Positions 23,689 to 36,757 of a DNA stretch of 64,000 nucleotides are shown here, piece after piece (the stretch's first letter is position 1; the number at the start of each line of letters is the position of its first letter). Both the position numbers and the translations under genes were made by a program. Under the pieces are notes generated by a model that worked only from the letters and a program-made list of their open reading frames with translations, had not been told where the DNA came from and did not search any database. Origin of the DNA: Parasitella parasitica NRRL 2501 (lineage: Eukaryota > Fungi > Mucoromycota); assembly GCA_025201805.1 (NCBI GenBank), contig MU619262.1, forward strand, positions 3,978 to 67,977, given 5' to 3'.

Positions 23689-26039
23689 ATGGCTTCCAGC
23701 AACAATATCCCTACCAAATTCCCTAACCTCAAGCCTAGAGGCCCTGGTGGTGAGGCCCTTTTAGCTGCTGAAAGGGCAAAAACTACATTTGATGTAAATG
23801 CGCTTTCAAAGTTCATGTACAGTCAAGAATGGCTTGACAAGATGAACAGCATCTTGCAGATCATTGAGAATGAGCCTGCTTTTGACAAGACTAACCGCTA
23901 CTATCAAAGCCGTCCTGAAAAGATTGCTACTGGGCTTTGGAAGGACAAACGTATGGCTGAACTTGCTGTGTAAGTGGTCTAATAGTGTGAGTTGTTCCCC
24001 CCACCCACCCCGCTAATTGTTCTGTCTAGTGAACACAATTGGGATGACCAAGATTCTCAAATTGCCAACTTTCTCTATGATCAATCCACTCCTGTAAGTT
24101 TATAACAAAACAAAAATGACATTTTTGTGTAACCATGTATATTTATGTTTACCTAATCTGATTCTTGTAGTTCTCCCTCCATTATGGAATGTTTATCCCC
24201 ACATTAAGATCTCAAACCACCGATGAACAAAAGAAGCTTTTCCTCGAGCGCGCATTGAAGCATGAAATCATTGGCTGCTATGCCCAAACCGAAGTAAGTT
24301 GTGTGAGCTAGTTTGTGTAGTCAAGCAAAACGCTGATTTGCGTTCCCAATAGTTGGGCCATGGTTCTAATGTACAAGGCCTTGAAACTACTGCCACCTAC
24401 ATCTCAGAAACCAACGAGTTTGAACTCCACTCTCCTACTTTGACTTCTGCCAAATGGTGGATTGGTGGTCTCGGTAAGGCTGCGAACCATGCTATCGTGA
24501 TGGCCCGTTTGATTACAGACGGAAAGGATTTGGGTCCCCATCCATTCTGCGTGCAAATCCGTAGCTTGGAAGATCACACGCCTCTTCCTGGTATCACTGT
24601 GGGTGATATTGGGCCCAAATTTGGCTTTAATGCTGTAGATAATGGCTTCATCATGTTTGATCATTACCGAATTCCTCACGTTGCCTTCTTGGCCAAGTAT
24701 TCTCAAGTCAAGGCTGGAAGCGGTGAGTACAGTAAGCCTCCCAATGCAAAACTTTCTTATGGTACCATGGTCTTTGTTCGTGCCAACATTGTTATGGGCG
24801 TAAGATATGCTCTTGCTAAGGCTACTACCATTGCTATTCGCTATTCCACTATTCGCCAACAGTTTGTGGATGCTGCTAGTCCCAAAAAGTGGGACAACAA
24901 GGTTATTGAAACGCCTGTTTTGGACTACACTATGCAACAATACCGCTTGCTGCCCATCATTGCCTCTGCCTATGCTTGCTTCTTTACTGGACGTGAAATG
25001 TATCGTCTTTACGAGTTGAATCAGTCCGAGATGCAAAAGGGCAACTTTGGTCTCTTGGCCGATCTTCACGCTAGCTCCTCAGGCCTCAAGAGTTTGACTA
25101 CAACTATGGCTGTTGATTCTTTAGAGGAGTGTAGACGTGCCTGTGGTGGTCATGGTTACAGTTTGTTCTCTGGTTTGGGCCAATTCTATCAAGATTATCT
25201 CCCTAATGCTACTGTAAGTTCATCATCAATATGTATCTCTGATAACCACTTATAGTTTTGGTTTATAGTGGGAAGGTGACAACTATATTTTGACTCAACA
25301 AACTGCTCGTTATTTGCTCAAGACATTCCGTAATGTTCTTGCTGGAAAGGCAGAACCCTCCGAGCACAACCAAACTATCACTTATTTGACCCAATACCTT
25401 GAAAACCCCAAGGCCAAGTGTCCTGCTTCCAACCCTGACGATTTCCTCAACGCTGAACTGATTTTATCTGCCTTTGGTTTCCGTGCTGCTTATGGCATTG
25501 CCAAGGTTGCTGAACAAATTGATCACCATGGCCGTTCTTGGAACTCTATGCTTGTCGAAATCCGTAACATTTCCAAGGCTCATTGTCAATTCATGTTGGT
25601 CCGCAACTTCCTTGTCACTCTCCAAAACGATGCTGAGCTTGCCAACCCAGAGAACAAGTCTATGCTCACTATCTTGAAGACCTTGTCTTACCTCTTTGCT
25701 CTTCACAATATGGAAAAGGAGCTCTCTGAATTCCTCTTGTCTGAATACTTGTCTCCTGATCAAAGCGCAATGTTAAAGGAACAAGTCGTTTCCTTGCTCG
25801 ATAAGGTTCGCCCTGAAGCGGTTGGCCTTGTTGATGCCTTTGCTTTGCCCGATTACTATCTCCACTCTGCTTTAGGCCGTCATGATGGTCGCGTCTACGA
25901 ATCAATGACCAAGATGGCTGAGGCTGAGCCTTTGAACCATACCCGTGTTGTTGCCGGCTATGAGGAATATATTAAGCCTTTTGTTCACAAAGGAAAGGAC
26001 TTGGCTATTAGCAAGGAAGAGGCTTCTTCAAAGCTTTAG
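23689..26039 (+). CDS. Peroxisomal acyl-CoA oxidase; multi-exon; C-terminal PTS1 (SKL)
   Basis: [50 protein letters not shown]; ends ASSKL*. Confidence 0.96.
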
Positions 26040-26595
26040 ATGATGCATACAAAATTGTATAATAGTTTATAGAAATATCTCCCACCCCACCACCCCCCCC
26101 CCTCTCAATTTGTCTTTTTATTACTATAATTTTTTTTTTTATAAAATCTGAATACGTAGTAGCTCTGTCTTGATATCTGTGTCTTACATTTCCCACCTTT
26201 TCTTGTCGTCGTAGTGATACAAAAGCAAGTTGAACCCCACTCATATTTACCAAGATTATTTCGCCTTACAAAAACTATTAGTTACAAATTCGGTAAAGTC
26301 TATTAAACTGGTAGTGTAAAAGCAAGCTATTTGGATGATTTTTTGTCAACTTCTAATATCCAATGCTATATGAACTCTAATATTGAGTATTTAAGATTAT
26401 TATTTTTTTCAAGAGCTTTGTACCTCGATTCTACTTGAAAAAAAAAATAGCTTCTTTGTTCTTTTTATCTCTTGTTACATGTGAAAAATCCTTTGCTCTT
26501 CCCCATCATGCAACACTGCACATATAAATAAAGTATTTAAAAATGACCTTTTCTTCTTTTTTTTTTTTTTTCATTGTTTAGTTAATATCTGCTAA

Positions 26596-27300
26596 ATGTC
26601 CTCAGAACAACCACCCCAACTCGTCTCTAATCTATTACTTCCTGAACTTGAACGCCAACTAGCTGAAGACCAGAATCTTTGGCCCAATATCAAGGGCCTT
26701 TTCATTGTTACTGTGACAAAAAAGAAGAAAGCTGCTGCCACATGGTATTAGATGCAATATTGTGTTTCTAGAAAATCCAAATTAACTCTGTAACATTCAT
26801 AGGTATCTCTTACTCCAAGGTACATATATAGCTATACAGTAAAAAAAAAATCGCTATTGAATTAATATTGGTATTAGGGAAAGGCGTACTGCCATTGATT
26901 ACTACCTCTGAAGAAGATGCACGTGCAGGTGTCAACGGGAAATTAAGAACTGTGAAGGTGCAGATTGATGATGCCGATTTATTGAACTTCATTACAGGAG
27001 GGTAGGTAGATCAAGTGCTTGGAATGACCTGCTCGTTAAAAAAAAATGGCATTTATGCGCAGGATGACTGGTGTGAAAGCCTATATGACGGGAAAAATCA
27101 AAGTTAAAGGAGACCTTTTGTTGGCCCAAAGGTTGGAAGAGGTTTTTGAAAAGCTCGGCGGAAGAGAGGTAAACCATACCATGTACTGCCTTTCAGGTTA
27201 AATTACCCATATTAAAAACAAGTTGTTAATACAGAAAGCTGTTGAATTTATCAAGAATAATGAACAGGCTCTAGCTCTGACAAGCAAATCCAAGTTGTAG
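26596..27300 (+). CDS. SCP2 sterol/acyl-CoA carrier-domain protein (~153 aa, 5 exons), C-terminal PTS1 (SKL); missed by the ORF track
   Basis: Exons 26596-26744, 26803-26819, 26878-27001, 27063-27168 and 27235-27300 splice in frame (462 nt); SCP2 signature DDADLLNFITGGMTGVKAYMTGKIKVKGDLLLAQRL; ends SKSKL*. Confidence 0.88.
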
Positions 27301-27649
27301 TATATTTCTCGTTGATTTTCTCAGATATTTGCACAACCTTTAGTATTTCTTTCTTTTTCACTGCATACATCTTTAAAGCAATAAACTCGAAATTACCACA
27401 CAAAAAAGATAGGACAAATGCTTGCCTTTTACTCATATACTTAAATTAACTCGTGGTATTATGCACATGCAGCATAAAAGCGTGCTCAGCAAGTTAAATC
27501 AGGACCTTGAATATGTTTTACTTGTGAACTGGCTCAAAATCTTGTTTTGGCAATATCACAAAGTTGAAGTAGATACAAATGTGAAAACTCAAGAAACTTT
27601 GTGAGGAGGTCTATTCAGGCGAATTTTATTTAGGATTTTTTTTTTTTTT

Positions 27650-28024
27650 NNNNNNNNNNNNNNNNNNNNNNNNNNNNNNNNNNNNNNNNNNNNNNNNNNN
27701 NNNNNNNNNNNNNNNNNNNNNNNNNNNNNNNNNNNNNNNNNNNNNNNNNNNNNNNNNNNNNNNNNNNNNNNNNNNNNNNNNNNNNNNNNNNNNNNNNNNN
27801 NNNNNNNNNNNNNNNNNNNNNNNNNNNNNNNNNNNNNNNNNNNNNNNNNNNNNNNNNNNNNNNNNNNNNNNNNNNNNNNNNNNNNNNNNNNNNNNNNNNN
27901 NNNNNNNNNNNNNNNNNNNNNNNNNNNNNNNNNNNNNNNNNNNNNNNNNNNNNNNNNNNNNNNNNNNNNNNNNNNNNNNNNNNNNNNNNNNNNNNNNNNN
28001 NNNNNNNNNNNNNNNNNNNNNNNN
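27650..28024. other. Assembly gap (375 N)
   Basis: Run of N. Confidence 1.
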
Positions 28025-28792
28025 TTTTTCTTTGATAGCGGAGATTAAACGCGTCCAAAATCAGGAAGTAAAAATTCTTTCAGAAACTCCATTTGTACAA
28101 TTAGAAAACAAAATTACTTTTTTAAGGCAAGATATCATCCTCTGGTACTATGCATACCCCAGCTGTCAGTCTATGATAATAGCTGCCCTTTTGGACGCTC
28201 TACACGATGGTATTAGTTCATAATTCTCATATGCTCATGGAAGAAATTATGTCGAAAAAAAATCAAAACAGATCAAGAGGGAAAAGTCAATATTTTGCTT
28301 ACTCAGAGCGCATTTCCAATCTTTCAAATCAAGGAATGGTCTTTTGCGATCATTTTCCTCTAATATATGCTATAGTAAAAAGTTGCATCTTTGGGGTCAA
28401 AATTGAGGATAATGCATAATCGATGATTTTGGATGTGTGGATACAAGGAAAAAATCCAAAAAATCCGTCATTTTGCATCGAAAAAAAAATCATGCCCAAA
28501 TTGCACCAAAATCATATATAATACAGTTTTTAATCAATGGATACTATTTTTTGCGTTTTCAGGGCACTTTTTATTATAAAAATCAGTCAAAAAATGGCAC
28601 ACGAAGATAAATTCCTTGCTTTTAAGCTGTGAAAATATCTTTCTGGAGTTGATATCACGTCAATATCAATTCTAGTACATGACACAGCTTTATAAAGTAA
28701 GTATTTTTGATGCCACAAGTATACCTTTCTTCATAATGAAATGATAAAACAAATGTGGCTCATCGAGTTGGAAGCAGAAGAGAATAATTAAT
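28025..28792 (+). repeat. Dispersed non-coding repeat, copy 2
   Basis: Colinear with 7995-8742; carries 22 extra nt flanked by AAGTA microhomology (~28700-28721). Confidence 0.9.
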
Positions 28793-29911
28793 TAAAACAA
28801 TCATTTCACTGTAATAACCCCTTGTTATTTGTGAATAATTCGCAAGTTGCTAATTGCTACTGACAGAGAAGATCTGTTACCATTGATGGTTATAATAATG
28901 CTTAATGTCAATGCTACGCATGTAAAATAGAATGTAAAGTAGAGGTTAGGATTGAGGTTGAAGATAATTTTACTATCAAAAGTTAAGCTTCACAATAAAC
29001 TTCTGGTAGATTCCAGGTTCCATTCACTGTACATTAACCCGTCCGTTATAGCAAGTCTCGACTATATATTCATTCCTTGATATTAGATATACCGATTTAA
29101 CAGATGAACATAAAATGATAATGCGAAGTTTTTAAAATAGATATTGCCATTTGCTTGAATATGCTACGATTTTTGAAAAGATATATAATTAAAAGAGAAA
29201 ATAGAATGAAATGGTTGGTTTAAACTTAGATTCAGGGATAAACTACCACTGTTTCAATTAAATAATTTGACGGATACGTACAGCTGAGTGCCTTATTAGT
29301 ATATGCAGTTTGATAGTTTGATGGTTTTGTGATTTAACCGTTTTTTAGTTAAATACCTAAGCAGCTCTATAGACTTGTTTAAATATTTGAGCTTATTTAT
29401 ATGTCTAATTTATAACGGATATATCTGAAATAATTTATCAACATTTAAACATCATGGAATTTAAACAACTCTGTATCGTGGCCTGTTGGTGATTGTTCAG
29501 TTTCAGGTTCTGAAGTACATTCCGATAGTGTTGGTAAAGAATTGTATTGAAAAATGGGATAATAAAAAACCCAAATATTCATTCATTCAAAAATACCTTT
29601 TACTCCTGCACAATGGCTGTTTGATCAAAAATAAAATAATCAGAGTATCGCAATTTCGCATAGCACTATAAAATGTGCTATATTCTTGGGCATTTTTAAC
29701 TAGAATAGAAAACCAAAAACGTGATTGTATTTAATACTTCTTGTCCCTACTTGAAATATTCTTCAAAAACTGCAAAACGACAGTGTATATTGAGACAAGT
29801 AGTTGTAAAAGTAAGCCATCTGTTCCTAATATTGAAATACCGGGCTTGACGCTTTTTCTGATTTTTTTTTTTTTTTTTTTTATAGAATTTCAAATATAAT
29901 AGAATAGTACA

Positions 29912-31283
29912 ATGCAAAGAACCGGCGTCTTCTTCAAGCATTGCGTAAAACCCTATACCTTTAATTCAAAAAAACAGCTATATGGAGCGTCTTCAATAAG
30001 CTTTTGCATTAAAAGACAATATGTTAGGGCAACAAACACCATCAACGCTTTTTCCACAACGAGTAAAATGGCAGGCCCCCCCTTAAAGGCATCCCGAAGA
30101 ATATTGTCATTGCCAACAAAAGTAACAGAGATGAAATTGCGCTGTAGGTATCATTGACATTTTCAGGCAGCTTTTCATTTCGCTCATTGCTATTGTCACC
30201 TGTAGGCACAGAATTTGATCAAAATGGAGCTGTCAAAACAACAGCAGGAGAATTTCTAAAGTCGGATTTTTGCCAGCATCACTCATTGCTTCCTCGAGAT
30301 TTACGAACAATTGATACCTACTCTGTATATCAGAAACCCACCATACTTGTGCGACCGGAAGCAATTTTGGTGAATATTGCGCATCTGAAAGCACTATTGA
30401 AGAGCGATATGGTGGTACTATTCGATACTTACGGCTCAGCAGATAGTTACAATCAGAGCATCTTTATATACGATTTACAGGAAAGATTAAAATCACAGAA
30501 GGATGGTTTGCCTTTTGAATTTAGGTAAGTTTGATCGGGACAGAAAGAGCATAGGGATGCAGCACTCAGCGCTAGTATCGTAGAGCATTGGAAGCCATTT
30601 TGATATCAGTTACATCCTCACTACAGTCAGAATTGGATATATTAGAAGAGCCTGTTAACAAATTACTCGGAGACTTGGAAGATTTGGCTGATATAGAAGA
30701 ATCGATGAATGGGGATAGGTTGAGGGATTTACTGCAGTACTCTAAAAAGTTATCAAAATTTGAGCAGGATGCACTTTCTATTAGAGATGCATTAGAAGAA
30801 GTATTGGACAATGGTAAGATGCCTCCATGCTAAATAGAGATCCAAAATTGATTTGCGTTGATGATAGATGATGATTTGGCGGCAATGTATCTGTCTGATA
30901 AAAGAGCAGGAAAATACAGAGCACCCGAGGATCATGAAGAAGTGGAATTGCTTTTGGAGGCGTACTATAAACAAACAGAGGAAATTGCAGCCAAGACCTC
31001 CACATTGAGACAGCATATGCGATCCACAGAGGAAATTGTACAACTTATTTTGGACGTGTCTCGGAATTCATTAATGTGGTATGATATTAGGTTAACCATC
31101 CTTACACTATCCGCCACCGTTGTGAGTGGTTACGGGGCATTGTTTGGTATGAATTTGCGAAACTACTTTGAAAACGATCCCTACGCGTTTGGTCTTGTTT
31201 CCGGTCTTGCCCTCATGTCTGGCTTTGGTGCATTTGCGATTGCTTTACGAAAACTTCGAACCTTGGCCAAAATCAAACCTTAA
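29912..31283 (+). CDS. MRS2: Mitochondrial Mg2+ transporter, CorA/Mrs2-Lpe10 family; multi-exon
   Basis: LLPRDLRTID, LPFEFRALEAIL, EEVELLLEAYY, LDVSRNSLM, two C-terminal TM helices with FGMN; basic N-terminal presequence. Confidence 0.9.
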
Positions 31284-31285
31284 GC

Positions 31286-31320
<35 letters not shown>

Positions 31321-31462
31321 CTCCGCCCCCCCCCCCCTCTTTAATGAATAAAATTTTGAATAAATATCAGCTCATTTTTCTTTTTCGAATAAAATTTATT
31401 ATTTTCAAGGTACAATTAAAATAGGAGATATGGACATTACAATGAGGGCAGCAAATGTAAAT

Positions 31463-31999
31463 TTAAACCGTAGCGTCACGCACGACCAACACAGGGCAAG
31501 GACATTCTTTGAGACATGCGTCAGAAACCGAGCCCAAAAAGACGCTCTTTACAGCTCCCAGACCACGCGAGCCCACAATTAATAAATCAACCTTGTGAGC
31601 CTCGGTGAAACGAGGAATGAGTACTTTGGCTTCACCCCACAGAATATGCACTTCACTAGAGATGAGAAGTTGGTTAAGGTTATGGGACATGGCTTCGAGA
31701 CGTTGACGAGCAGTTTGACCCTGAGCAGTATTTTCAGTCTTCTCGATAGCTTCATTTACTTTGGACACAGTGGTGGACAGCATGGGCAAATCTCCAGTTT
31801 TTGGTGAGACAGCTTCCTTTTTCGCAAAAAGACCGGCAGCGCCTGACTTGTCATCTCTCTTGACAGCAGACAGCAAGATAATATGATCGCTGTCAGGACG
31901 AATTATGTTCTTGACTGACCATTCAAAGAGCCTTTTGGCGTCTTCACTGCCATCATAGGCGATAGCTATACGGCGTTTTTCAGTGATTGAAAGGGGCAT
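31463..31999 (-). CDS. Universal stress protein (USP domain), intronless
   Basis: RIAIAYDGSEDA...VDLLIVGSRGLGAVKSVFLGSVSDACLKECPCPVLVVR. Confidence 0.93.
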   Translation of the reverse strand: MPLSITEKRRIAIAYDGSEDAKRLFEWSVKNIIRPDSDHIILLSAVKRDDKSGAAGLFAKKEAVSPKTGDLPMLSTTVSKVNEAIEKTENTAQGQTARQRLEAMSHNLNQLLISSEVHILWGEAKVLIPRFTEAHKVDLLIVGSRGLGAVKSVFLGSVSDACLKECPCPVLVVRDATV

Positions 32000-32404
32000 T
32001 TTTATTATGCTTATGATTACAAACAAGAGGAAAAGAAAAAGGTGAAAATTGTGTGCAGAGGCGTGCTTTATACATGTTTCAAAGTAAATTCATGCATCCG
32101 AGTGAGTGGTGGAGTTTCATTATTCTTGCTACCGTACTTGCGTTGTAGACTTGGACGGGGGGGGGGAGGGGTTTATGTTGATATCATTCAACACAAATAT
32201 CCATAAAGAAATTTCCTGGAGAAAGACCAGAACTATAGATTTTTCTATAACTGAAGTTAACACATACGCTGATTGTAGAATATAGGAAAATAACAACATT
32301 GCAGGTTTGGATTAAAATATATTTCCTACCATTAAATTCTTTGATCCTATGTATGTATACGCATTCTTTTTTCTTCATCTCAACGATAATATCTATATGG
32401 CCAA

Positions 32405-33587
32405 ATGGTGCAATTCAAATTTCAGTTGTTCAGATTTGACGGTATATGCCAGACAGTGGCATTAACATTATGCCCATTGATGGGAAAATTTGATGGGATT
32501 GAACCAATCTGTTATTCACGAAATGTTGAAGTAGCAGGATTGTTAGTATTCCAGCCTGGTAAAGGAATCAAGGCCTTTCATCTATTCAATAACTTACTAA
32601 CATGGGACAATTAGCGACTCTAATGATGAATTTAGTTGCGCTTTGTATGACTAGTATCATGATTTATCATGTAAAAACCAAATATACAGCCGTAGGTAAG
32701 AAACTAGACACATGTTTCACCTTTGGAAGGCAATTAACAGCAGATACCATAGGCAGAAAAGAAATTGCCATGTTTTTTCAGCTGTATTTGGTGACAATAT
32801 TTTTAGAAATGCTATTGGTTACCAACATCATCCCGACTGCTTCCATATTGTATCCTGTAGGTTGGAAATGCTGAAATTTGTCGTGTTACTAAAATGTATA
32901 TTTAATCTAGTTTTTTACAGCAGCACATTTGGGACTGATTAGCGCGTCTTTTTGGTGCTTGCTATTGAACGGTTTTGTCGGATTTCAGTTTGCAGAAGAT
33001 GGCACGCCTATTAGTTTATGGGTTAGTATTTCACATTGGACGCACAGGGGTGGTGTGAGAACGAAAAAAAAAAGTCATCAGATTTTAACAAGCACATTTC
33101 ATGCCCAAAAAAGTCGATTAGGATCAGTACATTTCTGGTGGTTTTAGTGGTTGGGTTTATTGCCATGGCAACATTTAACAATCTTGGACCTTTCAGCTAC
33201 ACATCACCTGGTGCATTGTGGATCATTTACTTTATTGTAAATGGATCCATGTTTCTTGTATACACAATTTCACAGATCATTCTGGTCACGTACACATTAG
33301 ATGATAGGTGGCCCTTGGGAGACATTGCTTTCGGCATATTGTTTTTCGTGTCAGGTTTAGTCGTCATGTTTATTTTCTCGGTTGCACTTTGTGAACAGGT
33401 TAAACACTATTTGGATGGGCTTTTCTTCGGTAGCATGTGTAACTTACTGGCTGTGATGATGGTTTACAAATACTGGGATTCCATCACAAAAGAAGACCTC
33501 GAATTCTCAATAGATTCAAAGCATCAAACTTGGGAGATTCAAACGCTACTGAAGGACGAAGAGAATAAAATTGCAGCCAAGTTTTAG
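32405..33587 (+). CDS. CHS7: Chitin synthase export chaperone (Chs7 family, multi-pass membrane protein); multi-exon
   Basis: [67 protein letters not shown]. Confidence 0.95.
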
Positions 33588-33786
33588 TACCATTAGATCT
33601 AATATGTAACCTTCCTTTTGTTTATGCTTTCCACACTTGACCAATAAGATGTTATTTGTCACACCACTTATTTTTTTTGATCTGACACACACATATAAAA
33701 GCTTTTCGGTTTTATATTTCTGTTTCCTTTTTTTTTTTCTTTCCGTCTTTCTTACACACAGTTTTTTTGATCTGTTATAAAAAAAA

Positions 33787-34206
33787 ATGACATTAATCAT
33801 TCGCCAAATCCGATCATTAATCTTTGAAGCGTCTTTACATCAAAAGAAGGTTGAAAGTAAGACATCCAAAAAGACGCAAGAACGAAAGAAATCTCTGACC
33901 GTCAAGATCAGTAAAGAGCCACCTGTCATTGTGTATTTTGAGCGAGATAAATTAGAAGACTCATTTGAATGTATCTTTGATCCACAAGTCCACCATGATG
34001 ATGAAAAAGACCATCCGGATTTGTTTGAAAAATGCAAAAAGAAGGAATTGAAACCTTGGCAAAAGCCTCCCTACTGCACGCCAAATAACAACAGCTTAAT
34101 GAGTCGTTTTAAATCAACATTTAGCAGGAATAGCGTAAACACAACTGCCACAGCTGCTCCGCTTATAATGCAACAATCTAATCACTCGACAGAATATGTT
34201 GCTTAA
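33787..34206 (+). CDS. Hypothetical protein (139 aa), intronless
   Basis: ATG in A-rich context, open frame, AT-rich 3' region; no recognised domain. Confidence 0.6.
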   Translation: MTLIIRQIRSLIFEASLHQKKVESKTSKKTQERKKSLTVKISKEPPVIVYFERDKLEDSFECIFDPQVHHDDEKDHPDLFEKCKKKELKPWQKPPYCTPNNNSLMSRFKSTFSRNSVNTTATAAPLIMQQSNHSTEYVA

Positions 34207-34663
34207 TCAAACCTTAATAATACCCCCCTTAAATCTTGTACATAATATGCGACTCAGAAAACTACTCTTTTTGTGTAAATAAATTTATTTTTATGCTGTA
34301 ATATTGTTATTTATTATTGGGAGTCATATGTCCCTTGGGTTTCCCATTGACAAAATCAGTGTGTTACATTAAACTTGATTGGCTTCGCATTGCAAAACTA
34401 ATCAAGCTACCAAGTATATGATCTACTTTACAAGACTGTCTTTTCCAAGAGAGTGGTTGCTGTACCCCTTTTCTTCCAAGCATCTGTTGAAATCAATTTT
34501 TTTTTTTTTGTTTTTACGTTAGTTCTTGGGTCACTCTAGTGTAGGTAAAACTGTAAGAAAACCAAGGTCAAGCGCATCTTTTTGACCGGAATTAATACAG
34601 CGTATTATTCATATACCCCCCGCTCTTGTATTCGACTATCATATTGCCGATAAATTCACTGTG

Positions 34664-36467
34664 ATGATATCAACATTAACAGAGATTGAACAAAAGCAGG
34701 AGCTAGAGAATATACCTCCATCCAGCTCGCTTACTCCTGATTCTTCAAGCGAAAGCGAATATCACGACTGTCACAGCGATGAACCTCTCACACCAATACC
34801 CATAAAGAATACATTGACAAACAACACAGTAAAAGATAGCGCGTGTGCCGCACTGTCTTCATTAGAGTATCAGCCTTACATCGCAAGCATTGTCGATGAC
34901 AAGCCACCTGCAATAACCGTTCAAGAGGGCGCTAAATGGTGTCAAAGATGCGGTACAATAGACACACCAAGATGGAGGATGGGCCCTGCTGGCCAATCTA
35001 CGTAAGAGAATAAGCTACATTTCCAGGGAATCGGTGCGAATCCTGAACCCTTGTTTTTGTTTTTTTGTTTTTTTTTTCCTAGATTGTGCAATGCCTGCCA
35101 TTTGAGATGGAAAATTCAAGGTAGACCCAAGGAGGGATACAGCTCGACTGTTTTTCCGCCACCTCACTACAACCCCAACCCTGCCAAAAGAAACAAACCT
35201 CAAAAGTCAAAAAAGCCATCGAAAAAGCCAAAAGTGGACGCTGAAATTGTGCAGGATCAAGACAGTAAGAGCCCACCTTTGACAGCTGGAAAGGGCCCAT
35301 GCATGCATTGTAAAACTACGAGTGCTCCTATGTGGCGAAAAGGGCCTTTGGGCAGTGGAACGTAAGTAACTGAAAGTAGTTTTTTTCAATGTTATTGAAA
35401 AAAAAAATGGCTAGATTGTGCAATGCCTGTGGATTAAAATGGGCAAAATCATCAACAACCGAAAAGCCTTCATCCACAACTGTGAAATCTTCATCCACAG
35501 CTGCAAAACCCGGAAAGACAACGACACCGAAAAAGGCAGTGCTGCTTCGTAATAGCAAAGAATACATCACACACGGTCTTTATTTCGACAATACCCGAAT
35601 CCGTCAGAATCAGTCATTTTCCTTTCCACTTCCTATGCATCTAGGCGAATTCTTAATGACAAAGGAGAAAGAATTCGAACTACCTCCGGATATACACCAA
35701 GAGCGTGAGTTGGGACTGATTAAAGGGCTGATGGCTGATAGGGAACCATTTTTCACTCGCATTAGATCGAATATATTTGTTGAACGAAAGCCAAATGTTA
35801 GCAAAGATGCAGTCATATGCCATTGCGTTCGCCCAGCAGAAGGAGAAACGGGTTGCGGTGATGATTGCATCAATCGAATGCTGTTCTATGAATGTGATCC
35901 TGCAGAGTGTCCTTGTGGAGATCAATGCTCGAATCGGCGATTCCAGCGCAAGGAGAGGACCAAGCAATTGCAAGTGTTTCAGACAAAGACTCGAGGCTGG
36001 GGACTTCGTACATTGATAGACATAAAGAAAGGTGATCTCGTCATTGAATATCGGGGTGAGGTTATTTCGCATGAATTGTGCGAAGAGCGAATGTGCACCA
36101 CCTATGTCAACGAGAAGAACTTTTACTTTTTAGAGTACTGCAATGGCGAGGTCATTGATGCTTGCACAAAGGGAACCGTGGCGAGATTCATAAACCACAG
36201 TTGTGAGCCAAATTGTCATATTGAAAAATGGTACATACATAACACTGTTGCGCCGCCACGAAAACTGATTGATTTTTTTGTAGGTCTCGAAAAGGAGAAT
36301 CTCATTTCGGTGTGTTTGCATCGCAAGATATCGAGGCCAAATCAGAACTTTTTTATGATTACAACTTTTCAACATTCAACAACTCTGTAGAAAGCGAGCA
36401 GCCGTGTCATTGTGGTAGTAAACTATGTAGAGGAACTATAGGCAGAAAGATATCTCGTGTTCGCTGA
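34664..36467 (+). CDS. Fusion protein: two GATA-type zinc fingers + ASH1-type AWS-SET-postSET histone (likely H3K36) methyltransferase, ~538 aa, 4 exons
   Basis: Exons 34664-35001, 35083-35361, 35415-36230 and 36284-36467 splice in frame; CQRC-x18-CNAC and CMHC-x18-CNAC; AWS CHC...CGDDCINR...ECDPAECPCGDQCSN; SET RGWGL, ARFINHSCEPNC, ELFYDYN; post-SET CHCGSKLCRG. Confidence 0.9.
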
Positions 36468-36746
36468 TTATATATTGTATACTTATTGACATTTATTATT
36501 AAATTACAAGCATAAATACACAACCCTCGCTTGATGACCAGTCAACAATTATACGTTTGTAAATGGTTTTTTTGCAACCCGATTATTCTGTACTTTTGTG
36601 ATCCCATAGCAACATCTTTCAAAATTATGCACTATAAAAAATCAACTACTGATTGATGACAAATTTGAGGCACTAGTAAGCCTGTTTTGCTTGCTAATTC
36701 TTTCTGGAACGGCGTCTACAACTCGATAAAGAGAGTGCATTCTTAC

Positions 36747-36757
36747 CACGTGACGTC
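36747..36757. promoter_or_regulatory. Overlapping E-box (CACGTG) and CRE-like (TGACGTC) motif ~95 bp upstream of LEO1
   Basis: CACGTGACGTC read directly; function not shown. Confidence 0.3.

Noticed and set aside
27630-28058. ORF containing X residues
   Set aside because: Artefact of the N gap
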